Assembly (NCBI GenBank): GCA_963825865.1
Contig: CAWGVG010000026.1
Span: 215,448-279,447, forward strand
Direction: 5' to 3'
DNA: 64,000 nt
DNA from: an uncultured Nitrososphaeraceae archaeon
GTDB taxonomy: Archaea > Thermoproteota > Nitrososphaeria > Nitrososphaerales > Nitrososphaeraceae
The notes beneath the pieces are model-generated. The model saw only the letters and a program-made list of their open reading frames with translations, had not been told where the DNA came from and searched no databases. Made by a program: the position numbers and the translations under genes. Positions 1-11,410 of the stretch are shown one piece after another (within the stretch, counting starts at the first letter, position 1; each line of letters starts with the position of its first letter).

Positions 1-1
1 C

Positions 2-1078
2 AATTCCGATGTCCTTTTAAAGGCAATAGCCGAATCAAAACCGGATATAGGACATGTACAGTATGAACACGGGCTATATGGTTTGGTTTTGGATCCTATA
101 AATCCTAATAAGATTAGTACCAACATAGATTCTTTTTATGCTAGGTGTAATATTCCAATTGTCACAACGTTTCACTCTGCGTATAATTTCAAGCAGTGGA
201 TGGAATTGGCTGCAACAACAGAAGGCAAACATGGAATTAACAAATATATGCATCTCCCTATCAACTATTGGAAACGCCTTTTAAATTATCGGTCCTTCAG
301 TCGGCTCAACAAAGAAAAGCTTGCAATGAGCCGGGCAGGCATAGTTTTTTCACAATATCTATCAAACCTCATTGGTGGCAGCAGCAATTGTTGTGATGTA
401 ATTTATCATGGTGCTGAACCATCTTCTAAAATAACTTCTCCCCCTTCCAAGAGACATGCAAGGGCTAGGTTTTCACTCCCAGAAGGACCACGAATTGCTT
501 TGGCACTTGGTCATAAGACAGCTACAAAAGGTTGGGATATCTTCGAGAAAATGAATATACCCGATGGATGGGTTGTAGTGGCCAATGCCTCTAGAAATCA
601 CTACAATAAGGAGAACATTAGTTTACGATTTAACAACAAGCAGAGCCAAAGTTTAATCGATCTACAAGGGGATTTCATTACTGAGGAAGATCTATCGTAT
701 CTATTATATGCTGCAGACGCTGTGATCCTGCCATATAAGGTATGTTCCGGGTCAGGTGTAATGTTTGATGGTCTTGCCCATGGGCTGCCATTTGTTGCAA
801 CGCAGTTGGGCTTTTTCAAGGAATTTTCTACAAAAGGATTAGGCATAACTATCAAGAGAGATCCTGCTGAATTTGCCTACGCTCTCAAAGCTCTTGATAA
901 AGACTATGAAGCATACTTACAAAGAGTCAATAGCTTTAAGGAAAAACTAAAGTGGGATCTAATTGCTGCTCAACATGCTTCACTATATAGACGGATTATA
1001 AATCCAGGAACACAATTAGTTATAAACACTTTTAATTCAAAAAAAAGCATAGATAATCAATTAGATAAGGGACATTAA
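2..1078 (+). CDS. Glycosyltransferase family 4 (mannosyltransferase-like), 5'-truncated by the window edge
   Basis: The frame is open from base 2 (PDIGHVQYEHGLYG). It contains TTFHS and the GT4 C-terminal motif ADAVILPY...SGVMFDGLAHGLPFVAT. Confidence 0.85.
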   Translation, partial: NSDVLLKAIAESKPDIGHVQYEHGLYGLVLDPINPNKISTNIDSFYARCNIPIVTTFHSAYNFKQWMELAATTEGKHGINKYMHLPINYWKRLLNYRSFSRLNKEKLAMSRAGIVFSQYLSNLIGGSSNCCDVIYHGAEPSSKITSPPSKRHARARFSLPEGPRIALALGHKTATKGWDIFEKMNIPDGWVVVANASRNHYNKENISLRFNNKQSQSLIDLQGDFITEEDLSYLLYAADAVILPYKVCSGSGVMFDGLAHGLPFVATQLGFFKEFSTKGLGITIKRDPAEFAYALKALDKDYEAYLQRVNSFKEKLKWDLIAAQHASLYRRIINPGTQLVINTFNSKKSIDNQLDKGH

Positions 1079-1246
1079 TTCAGAAATTATTTTTTAGATT
1101 ATATCGATGATGATGATGGCGATGGATGACGATGCAGTTCTTAATTTGCTTGTTCATTACAAGCAACATGACCATGCAATTTTTTGAACTGCATAGCGGA
1201 ATAGATTCAGTATTTATAGGCATAATTAGATAGACGTATAATCGAC

Positions 1247-2286
1247 ATGAAGACAAAACTAGCCATAAATGGTTTTGGAAGGATAGGTAGGAGTTTTATC
1301 AGAGTTGCCTTAAAAGATAGAGAATTCATGCAATTAATTGACATAGTGGGCATAAATGATACGGCAGATGCCAAGACTCTAGCACATCTTTTAAAATATG
1401 ATTCAGTATTTGGAAGATTTGACGGTACGGTAGAAGTTAATGACAATGGTAATATTGACATTCTTCTGATAAACAACTTACCAATAAGTGTTATTTCTGA
1501 GAAAGACCCAGCCAGCTGCCTTGGAAGAGCAAGGGTATAGATATTGTCCTAGAATCGTCAGGAAAATTTAATGATGCAAAAGAAGCACAAAAACACATTG
1601 AAGCAGGCACAAAGAAAGTCATTATTTCAGCACCAGCTAAACAACCAGATGCAACAATATTAATGGGTATAAATGACAAATCGTATAATAGCGATAAACA
1701 TAATGTCATTTCAATGGCATCTTGCACCACAAATTGCTTGGCTCCAGTAATCAAAGTTCTCAATGATACGTTTGGTATTGAGAGTGGGTATATGACCACC
1801 ACTCATGCATATACAAATGATCAGCGTCTTTTGGACTTACCACACAAGGATTTAAGAAGGGCAAGAGCGGCAATGATGTCCATAATCCCAACAACTACTG
1901 GAGCAGCAAAGGCCATAGGTGGTATAATCCCGGAGTTAAATGGGAAGATAGACGGTATGGCGTTACGAGTTCCTGTAAGCGATGGTTCGATAGCAGATAT
2001 GGTCCTGAAATTGAAAAGGGACGTCACAAGAGAACAAGTGAACAACGTATTAAAGGAAGCATCTGAAACTAAATTGAAAGGAGTTATGGGGGATACAGAA
2101 GAGCCCATCGTGTCAGCAGATATTATCGGTGATCCACATTCCTCGATTGTTGATGGTCTAAGCACTATGGTTTTAGGAAATAACAGCAATATCGTAAAAG
2201 TATTATCTTGGTATGACAACGAGTGGAGTTTTGCCTGCAGGCTAGTCGACCTAATAAAGTTAATTGCCCATAAGATGCAGCCTTAG
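1247..2286 (+). CDS. gap: Type I (bacterial-type) glyceraldehyde-3-phosphate dehydrogenase, one frameshift near 1510
   Basis: Motifs INGFGRIGR, LLKYDS, catalytic ASCTTNCLAP, DLRRARAA and SWYDNE. Restoring one C in gcc(c)ag gives DPAQLPWKSKGIDIV and joins the two ORFs. Confidence 0.95.
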
Positions 2287-2583
2287 TGGCGCTATTGTTA
2301 TATTTTTATCAATCTTTTATTCTACCGATAGAGATTCTCCATAGTGTTTAATGAATTTCATTTTTTTATACCTGTAAATGGCGAATAAAGTCTCTGGAAT
2401 CCGTAACCAATCCTCAATATTCCTTTGCCTTATCCCGAGTAGTATTTTCTTCCTCATTATATCGCTCGTGGTAAAAGCCATGAGAATGTACACATACACT
2501 TTTACTTCGCTCTTTTAAAAATATACTGGCTATTTGTATTATACTTGAAGCAAGCGCGCATAAACGGGAACATATAACTACTA

Positions 2584-3748
2584 AGTGAAGTGTCTGAATT
2601 TATGTCGTTATTTGTTCATTACATAACCTAGATTTGGAAATAGTTAAAGCTTAGCAAAGGAGATATTTTCATTCTGTGAATCATCCTTTCAAACTCAAAC
2701 TTACCATAGGACAGAGGAACAAATTAAAGTCATTTATGAAGAATACGGGTAACAAAAAAGAATACCGCAGGCTACTGGCTATACTCCAAAAAGCTGAAGG
2801 TAGAACTTACGAAGACATAGCAAATGAACACGGAGTCAGGCAGCAGGTCTGTACAGAGATGGGTTGCTGCCTATATCCAAAGTGGGATAGATAGAATAAA
2901 GATGAAGAAACCTGGCGGAACAAAATCTGGCATAACAGATGAAAACAGAGAGATTATTCTATCAGCATTATTTAACGACCCGCACATCTTTGGTTATCTT
3001 AGAAATACATGGAGTCTGAGATCACTTGCAAACTGTCTGACAAATGAGCTAGGAATCCCAATCAGTTTCAAGCACATGCAGCGAATAACAAAAGATTTAG
3101 GAGTTAGGTGCAAAAGGCCAAAACTGGAATTGCTACATGGAGGAGAGGATTATGAAGAGGGAAAAGAGAAAGTGCAAAACTACAAACAGATAGCTTCAGC
3201 TCTGAAAAAAAGGGAGTTGTAGTAGCATTTGAAGATGAGACTATTATAACACAGAAACCTTGTATTCGAAAATCCATGAGTTTTGAAGGTGAGCAACAAA
3301 GGATAGAACATACTGGTAGTAGAAAGAAGTTCTCTGCATACATATCCATGGTATGGCCTGAAGAGAAATTAATGACGTATGATTTCTATGATAAAATGGA
3401 TTCTACGAATACTATCGACCATCTAGAGAATCTCAAGACAAACATTATGAAAAATGATTGGTGGAAAAGACTGGTACTCATATGGGATAACGCTTCATAT
3501 CATGTAAGCCTAATGGTACGGAATTATATCAATGCACAGAGAAAGAAGACTGGGCTGACCATAATCCACCTTCCAAAGAAAGCACCATACCTAAATCCGA
3601 ATGAAAGGAAAGTAAACCAGCAAATAAAGTCAGATGTATGTGCGAATAGATTCTATGAACATATGGAAGACCAGAAAGCTGCAGTATCAGAATATTTGGA
3701 CAAACGATTTGGAAGATGGTATGACGACATTAGTTATGACACTTGACT
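2584..3748 (+). mobile_element. IS630-family insertion sequence with terminal inverted repeats and TA target duplication
   Basis: 2581-2611 (ctaagtgaagtgtctgaatttatgtcgttat) matches the reverse complement of 3721-3751 at 25/31 positions. TA lies at 2582-83 and 3749-50, and the empty site reads CTAG. Confidence 0.9.
2676..3746 (+). CDS. IS630 transposase (HTH + DDE) with a probable programmed -1 frameshift at A7G (3205-3212) and an extra indel near 2840
   Basis: WSLRSLA HTH segment; DDE triad FEDE / IWDNASYH / PYLNPNE; the A7 run sits at the -1 junction between ORF2 and ORF3. Confidence 0.9.
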
Positions 3749-4937
3749 TAGGAGCAATATATTCTATTCTATTAGCGTAAATCGTATTGATTTGATCAAG
3801 ACCAGGATCAATCCTCAAAGGGTTTTTAGCATTCATTATGTTATTATCATATATTTTATTGGCAGAGGAATTGCTAACTAAAACAATACCCGATTTGCCA
3901 TTTGAAACTGTATTGTTGTATATCTCATTATTGTGTGACCGAGAAACGTGAATAGCCCTATTCTGATCATATATATAATTGTCCCTGGCAATAGAATTAG
4001 TCACATTTCTACTAAATGCTATTCCAGATCCTGTGTTATTGTAGACTACATTTTTTTCAAAAAGTATGTTATAGCAATCTTGCGAACAGATTATAGCTGT
4101 ACCATTATTATTATATACAGTGTTATTTCTAATTACCATATCATGAGTTCCTGTATGTGGATCTATGCCATAATGACCCATATCATGAACTTTATTGTTT
4201 TCAATAACCATGCCTCCTACACCTACTGAATAAAAGCCAAAATATAGATGGTGTATATCATTATTTCTTATTACACTACCATGTCCTGCCAAATGATAAT
4301 GAATTCCAGATGTTCCAGTACCCCATCCTCCTTCATACCCTAAATATGCAATCTCTGAGTTTGTAATATCTGTTGTACCTGTTGCTTCCTTTTCTACTCT
4401 AATATATGGCCTTGGAGCTCCTGGATGAGTTATTTTTCCAGAAGTTTCTCTTGAACCATAACTTTGACCATAATCATTTGTTTGTGGATTCCATGAAGTT
4501 ACCTTTACCGAATCTATCTTCAGGCTACCAAATACTTCTATTGGATATGCAGTCGTTCCATCTGCTATTATTTTTAACCATGTAGTATCTTTGGAATCAA
4601 CGATAAATGTGGCGTCATTAGCAATTGTGATCCCTGCATTTAGCAGCCAGACTCCGTCGGCTTGTTTGTCTAAAACACTATCATCGTTAAGCTGATTGTC
4701 TATATCACTTAGACTTGTTGATTTACATCCTATTGTAATTATTCTACCAGAAGAGTCATAGCTAATGCAGCTTTCATTAGAGGAAGTTGAATTAAGAGCA
4801 TTAGACTCAGTGGTTATTGTCATCTCTTGTGCGACCGCAGGATCAATAAAAGCCAATAAAGTTAATGGAAGAAACGTAAATAAAACATATCTCAGAGGTG
4901 AAAAAAATGTTTTACTTTTCAAATGGACTGTTACCAT
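3687..4937 (-). CDS. Secreted right-handed parallel beta-helix protein (AlgG/NosD-like), C-terminus altered by the IS630
   Basis: Signal peptide ending AVA-QE, NSEIAYLGY, YGIDPHTGTHDMVIRNN and Asn-ladder repeats. Confidence 0.8.
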   Translation of the reverse strand: MVTVHLKSKTFFSPLRYVLFTFLPLTLLAFIDPAVAQEMTITTESNALNSTSSNESCISYDSSGRIITIGCKSTSLSDIDNQLNDDSVLDKQADGVWLLNAGITIANDATFIVDSKDTTWLKIIADGTTAYPIEVFGSLKIDSVKVTSWNPQTNDYGQSYGSRETSGKITHPGAPRPYIRVEKEATGTTDITNSEIAYLGYEGGWGTGTSGIHYHLAGHGSVIRNNDIHHLYFGFYSVGVGGMVIENNKVHDMGHYGIDPHTGTHDMVIRNNTVYNNNGTAIICSQDCYNILFEKNVVYNNTGSGIAFSRNVTNSIARDNYIYDQNRAIHVSRSHNNEIYNNTVSNGKSGIVLVSNSSANKIYDNNIMNAKNPLRIDPGLDQINTIYANRIEYIAPKSSVITNVVIPSSKSFVQIF

Positions 4938-4963
4938 AATTTATCACAGCAGATAAATAAGAT

Positions 4964-5345
4964 TTGCTCACTTGAAGAGAATCCTTTAGGTGTGCCCTGT
5001 AATTGAGTAAGCAATAAGGAGGCAGACTTTGTCAAATTATAACAATATGTCGGTATTACGTCAACAACAATCACAAAAGAGTAGGAAGAAGGTAAAAAAA
5101 AGGAATCAATTTTGTCTTAAACCATTTTCCCAAATATAATATCTTTCCAAGAGCAATATCTACGCAGGCTTTATCTAGAGCCACCAGTCACAATAGTCCA
5201 TAAGAAAAACGAGATGTTGAGAGTTTATGAACAATCTGACTTTATTGATTGGAAAGTAATCTCTTTTCCGGCATTTAACAGAGAAATTTATTCATAATAA
5301 TAGAATCAAGATTCATACACCTGATTTTATTTTCATCAACATGAA
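4964..5345 (+). repeat. Copy 1 of a diverged ~380-bp repeat (hairpin plus 5' part of a primase-like gene); copy 2 is at 11341-11717
   Basis: Shared blocks such as ttgctcactt, ggaatc.a.tttgtcttaaa, gagtttatgaacaatctgactttattgatt and cagagaaatttattcataataat. Confidence 0.85.
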
Positions 5346-5500
5346 CTCCGCCACTTAGTAGATAAATTCTGCTTTCTCAAGAAGAAAATTTTAGCATAGT
5401 CTCAAATGATAACTGTTGTGAGAAATCATATTCGACATGAGATATTAAGCTAGGTTGGTCTACTATAAATTAAAAACACCTCTTTTCAGTGCGACTTTGG

Positions 5501-6168
5501 TTACTCTGTTTTATCATCTTCAAACGCCTTCGGGAAATATTTTCTTATGACTTTGTCCATATCAATTTTCAGGAAAGTATAGATAATGATAATAGTAATC
5601 GAAACGCTAACAATTATTGATATTATAATATTGAATGGGTCAATGTTATTATTATTATTGTATGCAAACCTATCAATAAAGGGTTTACCTAAATAAACTG
5701 CTCCCCATATAACTATTTCATTTATAATGAGTTTACTTGCAAACGTAGAGATAACAAATTTCCATGGACTGTATCTTGCAAGTCCTAAAGAGACATACAC
5801 GATATCGTCTGGTATTGGTGTTATTGCAGCAATAATTGCGCCTTCCAACCGTACCTACTAGCTAATTTTTGAAGAGGAATTATTTTTTTCTTAATAGGGC
5901 TTCCTCTTTTAAGAAAGATATTGTGTCCATAATATATTGAATAAAAAATTATGGTCTTTGCTATAATTATTCCAATAGCACTACATACTGCAATAAAGTT
6001 TGGATTTAGTTTTTTATCAAATACTGATATAACAAGAATAGGATATACGGGAATTGGGACGAATATCAAGATATTTGTAATAAAGCTTACAAGCAGTATT
6101 CCAAAATATACAAACTGATTATCTAGTAATTCAAATGGTACTATAGCGTCCTCAATATTAAATGCCAA
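5501..6168 (-). CDS. VTT/DedA (SNARE-associated, YqaA-like) membrane protein, frameshift near 5845
   Basis: Hydrophobic helices, FVPIP, and AAITPIPDDIVYVSLGLARYSPWKF. Confidence 0.8.
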
Positions 6169-6677
6169 CGATAATCATGACTACAGAGACTCTTAAGTAG
6201 ATTCCGAGGTATTGTAGCATTAGTGCTAGGATCAATTCCAGATGATCTTCCTCATAGAGGTATTCTTGAATTCATTATTGTTAAATCACACACAAGTGGA
6301 AATATCCGCACCATAAAGACTAACTATTTCCACTAGATCGACCAAAACCAAATTCGTGCTCAAAATTAGTTCAAAACTATCATAGCTAAATGGAGATGGA
6401 GGAAATAGTGGAAATATTTTACTAACTCTTGTTGCGAGGAATAAGGAGTACATTGGAAGCATTAGTAATAACTGGAAATTAAAAAATTGGGATTAAGACA
6501 TTTTTACCACAGTAGCATAAGAAGCATCTGGCAGCGACATAGCAACATTTCAGTGCATTCTTCCAATTTAAATAACCTTAATCCATACAGGACAAATTGA
6601 ATGTGATTCGCAATTACCAAAAAAAATATTATTATATTTTGAAGTGATGTACTATATTAAAAATAAAAAAGATAATC

Positions 6678-8859
6678 ATGAATCCACAAACAAAACCTGC
6701 AGAAGTAAGAGTAGATTTTTCATTTAAGAGAGAAGTATTCTTCATCGTTGCTGGAGCCCTGATGGGTGCCATAGTTATGGCAATTCCCTTTACCTTTCCT
6801 TTTACAGGACGTGGTTCAGGATATGCGCTCACGTGGATAGTATTTGGGCACATTGTTGGTGTATATTCGCCCATCTCATCGGTTATTATTGCTGGAATAT
6901 TAATTCACATAGTAACTGGTATCTCAATTGGTATAATATCTGGAGTATTTTTGTATAAGACAAACATCTTGAATATAAGTAAACCATCAAATGGTTTACG
7001 CTATGGATTATTAGTTGGTACTCTTGTTTATTTGATTTTTGCTATTCCAGTAGGGCAATTTCTTCTAAATCCAGAATTTGGACATACTTTGTCAAACGGT
7101 GGTAATGTTGGTAAAAATAACAATAATAATAATAACGTTAATGTCAATAACAACATAGCAGGCTATAAAGAAGAAGAAAAAAGTTCAACAGGACAAAGCG
7201 GAGGAGGAGGAGTAGAAAGAGGAAAACAGGTAGAAAAGACCTAACAACATGACAACAACGTTCTCAAATATTCAATTGAATTCTACAATCTATTCTATTT
7301 CGATTAACCTGCTATTTGGAATTACATTAGGCCTATTTTCTTCCTTTTTGTCAATAAAGTTCGGCTCCAGATATAGATGTCCTGCTTGCGATATATCATT
7401 TTCAAGAATTGACATTCTTCAGAGTCATTTAGAGCATGTCCATGGTGACAAGCCAATAAATAGAAAAAGAATAGTTGTTTTAGGAGGAGGATTTGCAGGA
7501 GTCAGCTGTATTAAGAAAACTGCAAACGAAATTTCAAACTAATGTAGGTATTGAGATTACAATGGTAAGTAAGGATAATTACATGCTATTTACACCCATG
7601 CTTCATGAAGTAGCATCAGGAATGATAGAAACAAGGCATATTGTGACACCTATCAGAGCATTTTGTAATAGGTCACGATTCTATTCTGCCATAGTAGAAG
7701 ATATAGACCTAAAAAATAAGAAAGTTATGATTAGATCCTCCACATCCACAAGTAAAACTGATAGATTAATAGAGGATCATATTTCGGAATTGAACAGCAC
7801 TAGGTCTTTGTATTACGATTATCTTGTAATAGCGTTAGGAAGTGAAACAAAGTTTTTTGGAATGTCTGATGCACAACAAAATGCATTTACTATAAAGAGC
7901 TTAGATGATGCGATAAATCTTAGAAATCATATTATATATTTACTTGAACAATCAGACCAATTGCCTGACAACGATACCGCCACTACCAGTAATAATACTT
8001 ACAAAGATCTTCGAAAAAAATTGTTAACTTTCGTTGTAGTAGGAGGAGGTTTTGCAGGAGTAGAAACAGCAGGCGAAATAAATGATTTCGTTAAGGATTC
8101 TGCAAAAGATTATTACCATAATATAGATTCAAACAACATAAGAACTATACTAATACAATCTGGTGACAGACTATTACCAGAAATGAGTGCAGAATTAGCC
8201 GCGTTTGCGTTAGAGAAACTACGTAATAGCGGAGTTGAAGTTATTCTCGATACTCGCATAGTGGGGGCCACATCAAATAGTGTAAAGTTAGGTAATGGTA
8301 CTATAATACCAACAAGGACAATAGTTTGGTCTGGCGGTGTATCTCCTAATTCTCTAATCGCTAATCTGCCATGCCAGCATGATAAGAGTGGAAGAATAGT
8401 TGTCGATAAATATTTGGAAGTATCTCAGTTTAGAAATGTTTATGCACTTGGAGATTGTGCTTATATAATAAATCCTAATACAGGTAAAATATACCCTACT
8501 ACAGCACAACATGCTATAAGAGAAGGTTCTGTTGTAGCAAAAAACATCGTTGCACAATAGAGGATAGAAGATTAGATGACAGACAGGCATTTGATTATAA
8601 AACAAAAGGCATGATGGCTAGTATAGGAAAGCGAACTGGTATAGGCAATTTATTAGGAATAGAAGTTCAAGGATTTTTAGCATGGTGGATATGGCGCAAT
8701 TATTATCTGGCAAATCTCCCAACATTACAAAAGAAGATAAGAGTAATGTCAGACTGGATGCTAGATATGTTCTTTAAACGCGATGTAACTATGTTCAAAA
8801 CATTTGTTGAAGAAAAGAAAAGGGAATTAAAACCAAAATGTCTTCTGTGTAGAAAGTAG
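6678..8859 (+). CDS. ndh: Type II NADH dehydrogenase-like flavoprotein with N-terminal multi-TM domain and C2H2 zinc finger (indels near 7235, 7505 and 8558)
   Basis: Two GGGFAG Rossmann motifs, FTPMLHEVASG, YDYLVIALGS, ALGDCA, TAQHAIREG and MASIG...AWWIWR. CPAC-x12-HLEHVH lies directly before the first Rossmann strand in the same ORF. Confidence 0.85.
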
Positions 8860-8920
8860 ATTATATTTTCGATTTTTTAATAGTCTATAAATTTTATATA
8901 GAATATAGGAATAGATAGGT

Positions 8921-8951
<31 letters not shown>

Positions 8952-9179
8952 AAAAAGATAGATGCATAAGAGCTGTTACTATTACTTGGCAGCTACGGAC
9001 GCACGATTCAAATTTCAATATTTCTCTTTTCGCAACTCATATAGGTATCTAAAAATATTAAAAATTAAGAAATCCTTTTTTGGTATCTATTACCACGTCT
9101 ATAAGTATCAATTATCTTCTCGATACATCTATCACATCTACGCATAATGAGTTAGTATATCTCTATAACCATAAAAAAA

Positions 9180-10159
9180 TTAATGATAAAAACTATGAAC
9201 GCATTTTAACGATATGATCTTTCGTGTTGCTAATTCTTCTGAATCGCTTAATCTTTTGTCAATTTCTCTTTTCAACCATTCTTGGTAATATATCAGCTTA
9301 GTTGTTACAAATGCCTCAGTTCTATTTACTCCTTCATAAGATTCGAGTCTTGTCAATATTGAATCAACTGTAGGTATGTTGGCGCAAAAGAAAACCGCAA
9401 AAATAATCTCATTTTGATTCACATTTGGAATAAGCAACAAGTATTCTTGCATTTCTAGATATATTCTTTCAAGAATATTTCGATAAAGAGACTTGGTAAC
9501 ATTAATTACTACTGCAAATTCAATGTAGCCTACTTAGCTGCCATAGAAGACATATCTCGGAGGATAGAGAATTGTAAGATATGATTTTCTCTCATTTTTT
9601 CCAATCGTCTTTTTACAGTCTTTGTGGATATTGAAGCTTCGCTAGCAATATCTGCAACTTGCATTCTAGGATTTGATAATAAGCATTTTATGATTTTAAA
9701 ATCAGAGTTATTTATATTCACAGATATTGGCTTGTGGCTTACAAACATACTACTTTCTACAACTGCTGGTTTTAACAAATTGACCATCAGTCCAATCTTG
9801 TCTTCTGCTCCAGCTTTAAGTAATAGTAGAAATATAAAAGCTCCTCCTAATTGTTTGGCATACACAACAACATCTCCTAAAAGGTTCAGCCCGTTGAGGA
9901 TATCATCTTCTTTGGTTGCTTTTCTGTCGATATCTTTAATTGTTAAAAAACATTCCTTTTTGTAACCGAATATTACAGGATTTACATTTACTACAAAATT
10001 TTGTATTATCTGATGAGAAATCATTTTATCAATTCTTTCCTTGATAGCATTAGGCGTTATTCCAACTTTAGAAGCTATATTTCTAAAAGGAACTCTACAA
10101 TCTTTAGTAAGTGAACTTATGATCTTTAAATCGATTTTATCCAGCGTTGTCTGTTGCAA
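9180..10159 (-). CDS. Lrp/AsnC-family regulator with two HTH domains, frameshift near 9530
   Basis: LDKIDLKIISSLTKDCRVPFRNIASKVGIT and a second HTH, SDFKIIKCLLSNPRMQVADIASEASISTKTVKRRLEKM. Confidence 0.85.
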
Positions 10160-10568
10160 TCACTCTAGGATAACGTAACGGACATCCATAAGAGTTTCTG
10201 TCTGACTTATGCAGTAAAGCTTGCTCCGGTAATCTCACAGATAATGCAGGCTATGTGATTCATATTATAACAGTAATTTGCATTGGAATAGTAACCATAT
10301 TATTTCTTTATAACACCAAGCACTTTGAATATGAGCAACCCTACAATGGATTACATTGTGGACTGCTCATGGAGGCTTTGGTCTTCCTTATCTTTGTTAT
10401 TACAATACAACAAGTCTATGCTTGGCCCTGAACTTGAACGTACCACAAGAATTGATTTGTCTCTTACCTCCCTAGGGCTATAAATCAGGTCATCCTTCTC
10501 ATAACTAAACTAAACATTTGTCTTTCTTTTTTCTTCTTTGCACCCATTTATGCATTATGTGGTTTTTT

Positions 10569-11097
10569 TTACCTTAATTGAAATACCTCATCGTTTCCTT
10601 GTGCTTCTGGATGAAGCTCTACCACCAAATGTCCTAGCTGTCTATACGCATCTTTATTTATATTCAGGGCATCCAAATGTCTTTGAGTTATGTATTGATC
10701 TATGTACTGATGGCTACAGTTTGGCGATATGGACGAATCAACTTCGCATGACAGCTTGGCAAATGATAAGATACCGTCACACATGTTGGCCTTTGTAGCA
10801 GCATCTGATCCTCCACATACAGTATTTCCTGCACTCAATTGATCTCTGATAATTTTATGCTCAGGCGATTCAGGATTCTTTACTGCAGCTGCCAATATAG
10901 TCTTTGAATAAAACTCCAGCTTTGAATGCGTCTACAACTTGTTTAGCTGTAGTTGAGGCTGTTAACCGTTGTGAAGAAACCGGTGTTTGTTTTTGTTGTT
11001 GTTGTTGTTGCTGCGCCACAGAGTTAGGCATATACAAAGGTGATAATATCAAGGCAATAGCAAGGAATCCAACAAGAGAAAGAAAGATATCTTTCAT
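10569..11097 (-). CDS. Secreted hypothetical protein (poly-Q linker, 4 Cys), frameshift near 10890
   Basis: Signal-like N-terminus; two overlapping ORFs on the same strand. Confidence 0.55.
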
Positions 11098-11410
11098 TAT
11101 GTTTTAGACCTCTCCTGCTTTAAATAACCTTTCCACTGCAGCCTTTACAATCTACTAGTTGCTCATATTCAGTTAGAAATGGCAGAGGTATAACATAGTA
11201 GTTGCAGAATATGCTTGATGTAGTAGCGTGCATATGAGTCCTATTAGCAGTGATGCTAGCATTAGTCATAGTGTTTTCATCAGTATTAGATAATTTCATA
11301 GTTTGCCCAAAATCATATGAGTCTCTGACATAGATAACTTTTGCTCACTTCAAGAAAGTCCTCAAGGTGTGTCCTGTAGGTGAGCAAGTAATAAAACACA
11401 GACTTATCAA

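Noticed and set aside
10904-11107. Poly-Cys ORF (CFCCCCCCC)
   Set aside because: It is the antisense reading of the CAA poly-Gln run of the minus-strand gene.
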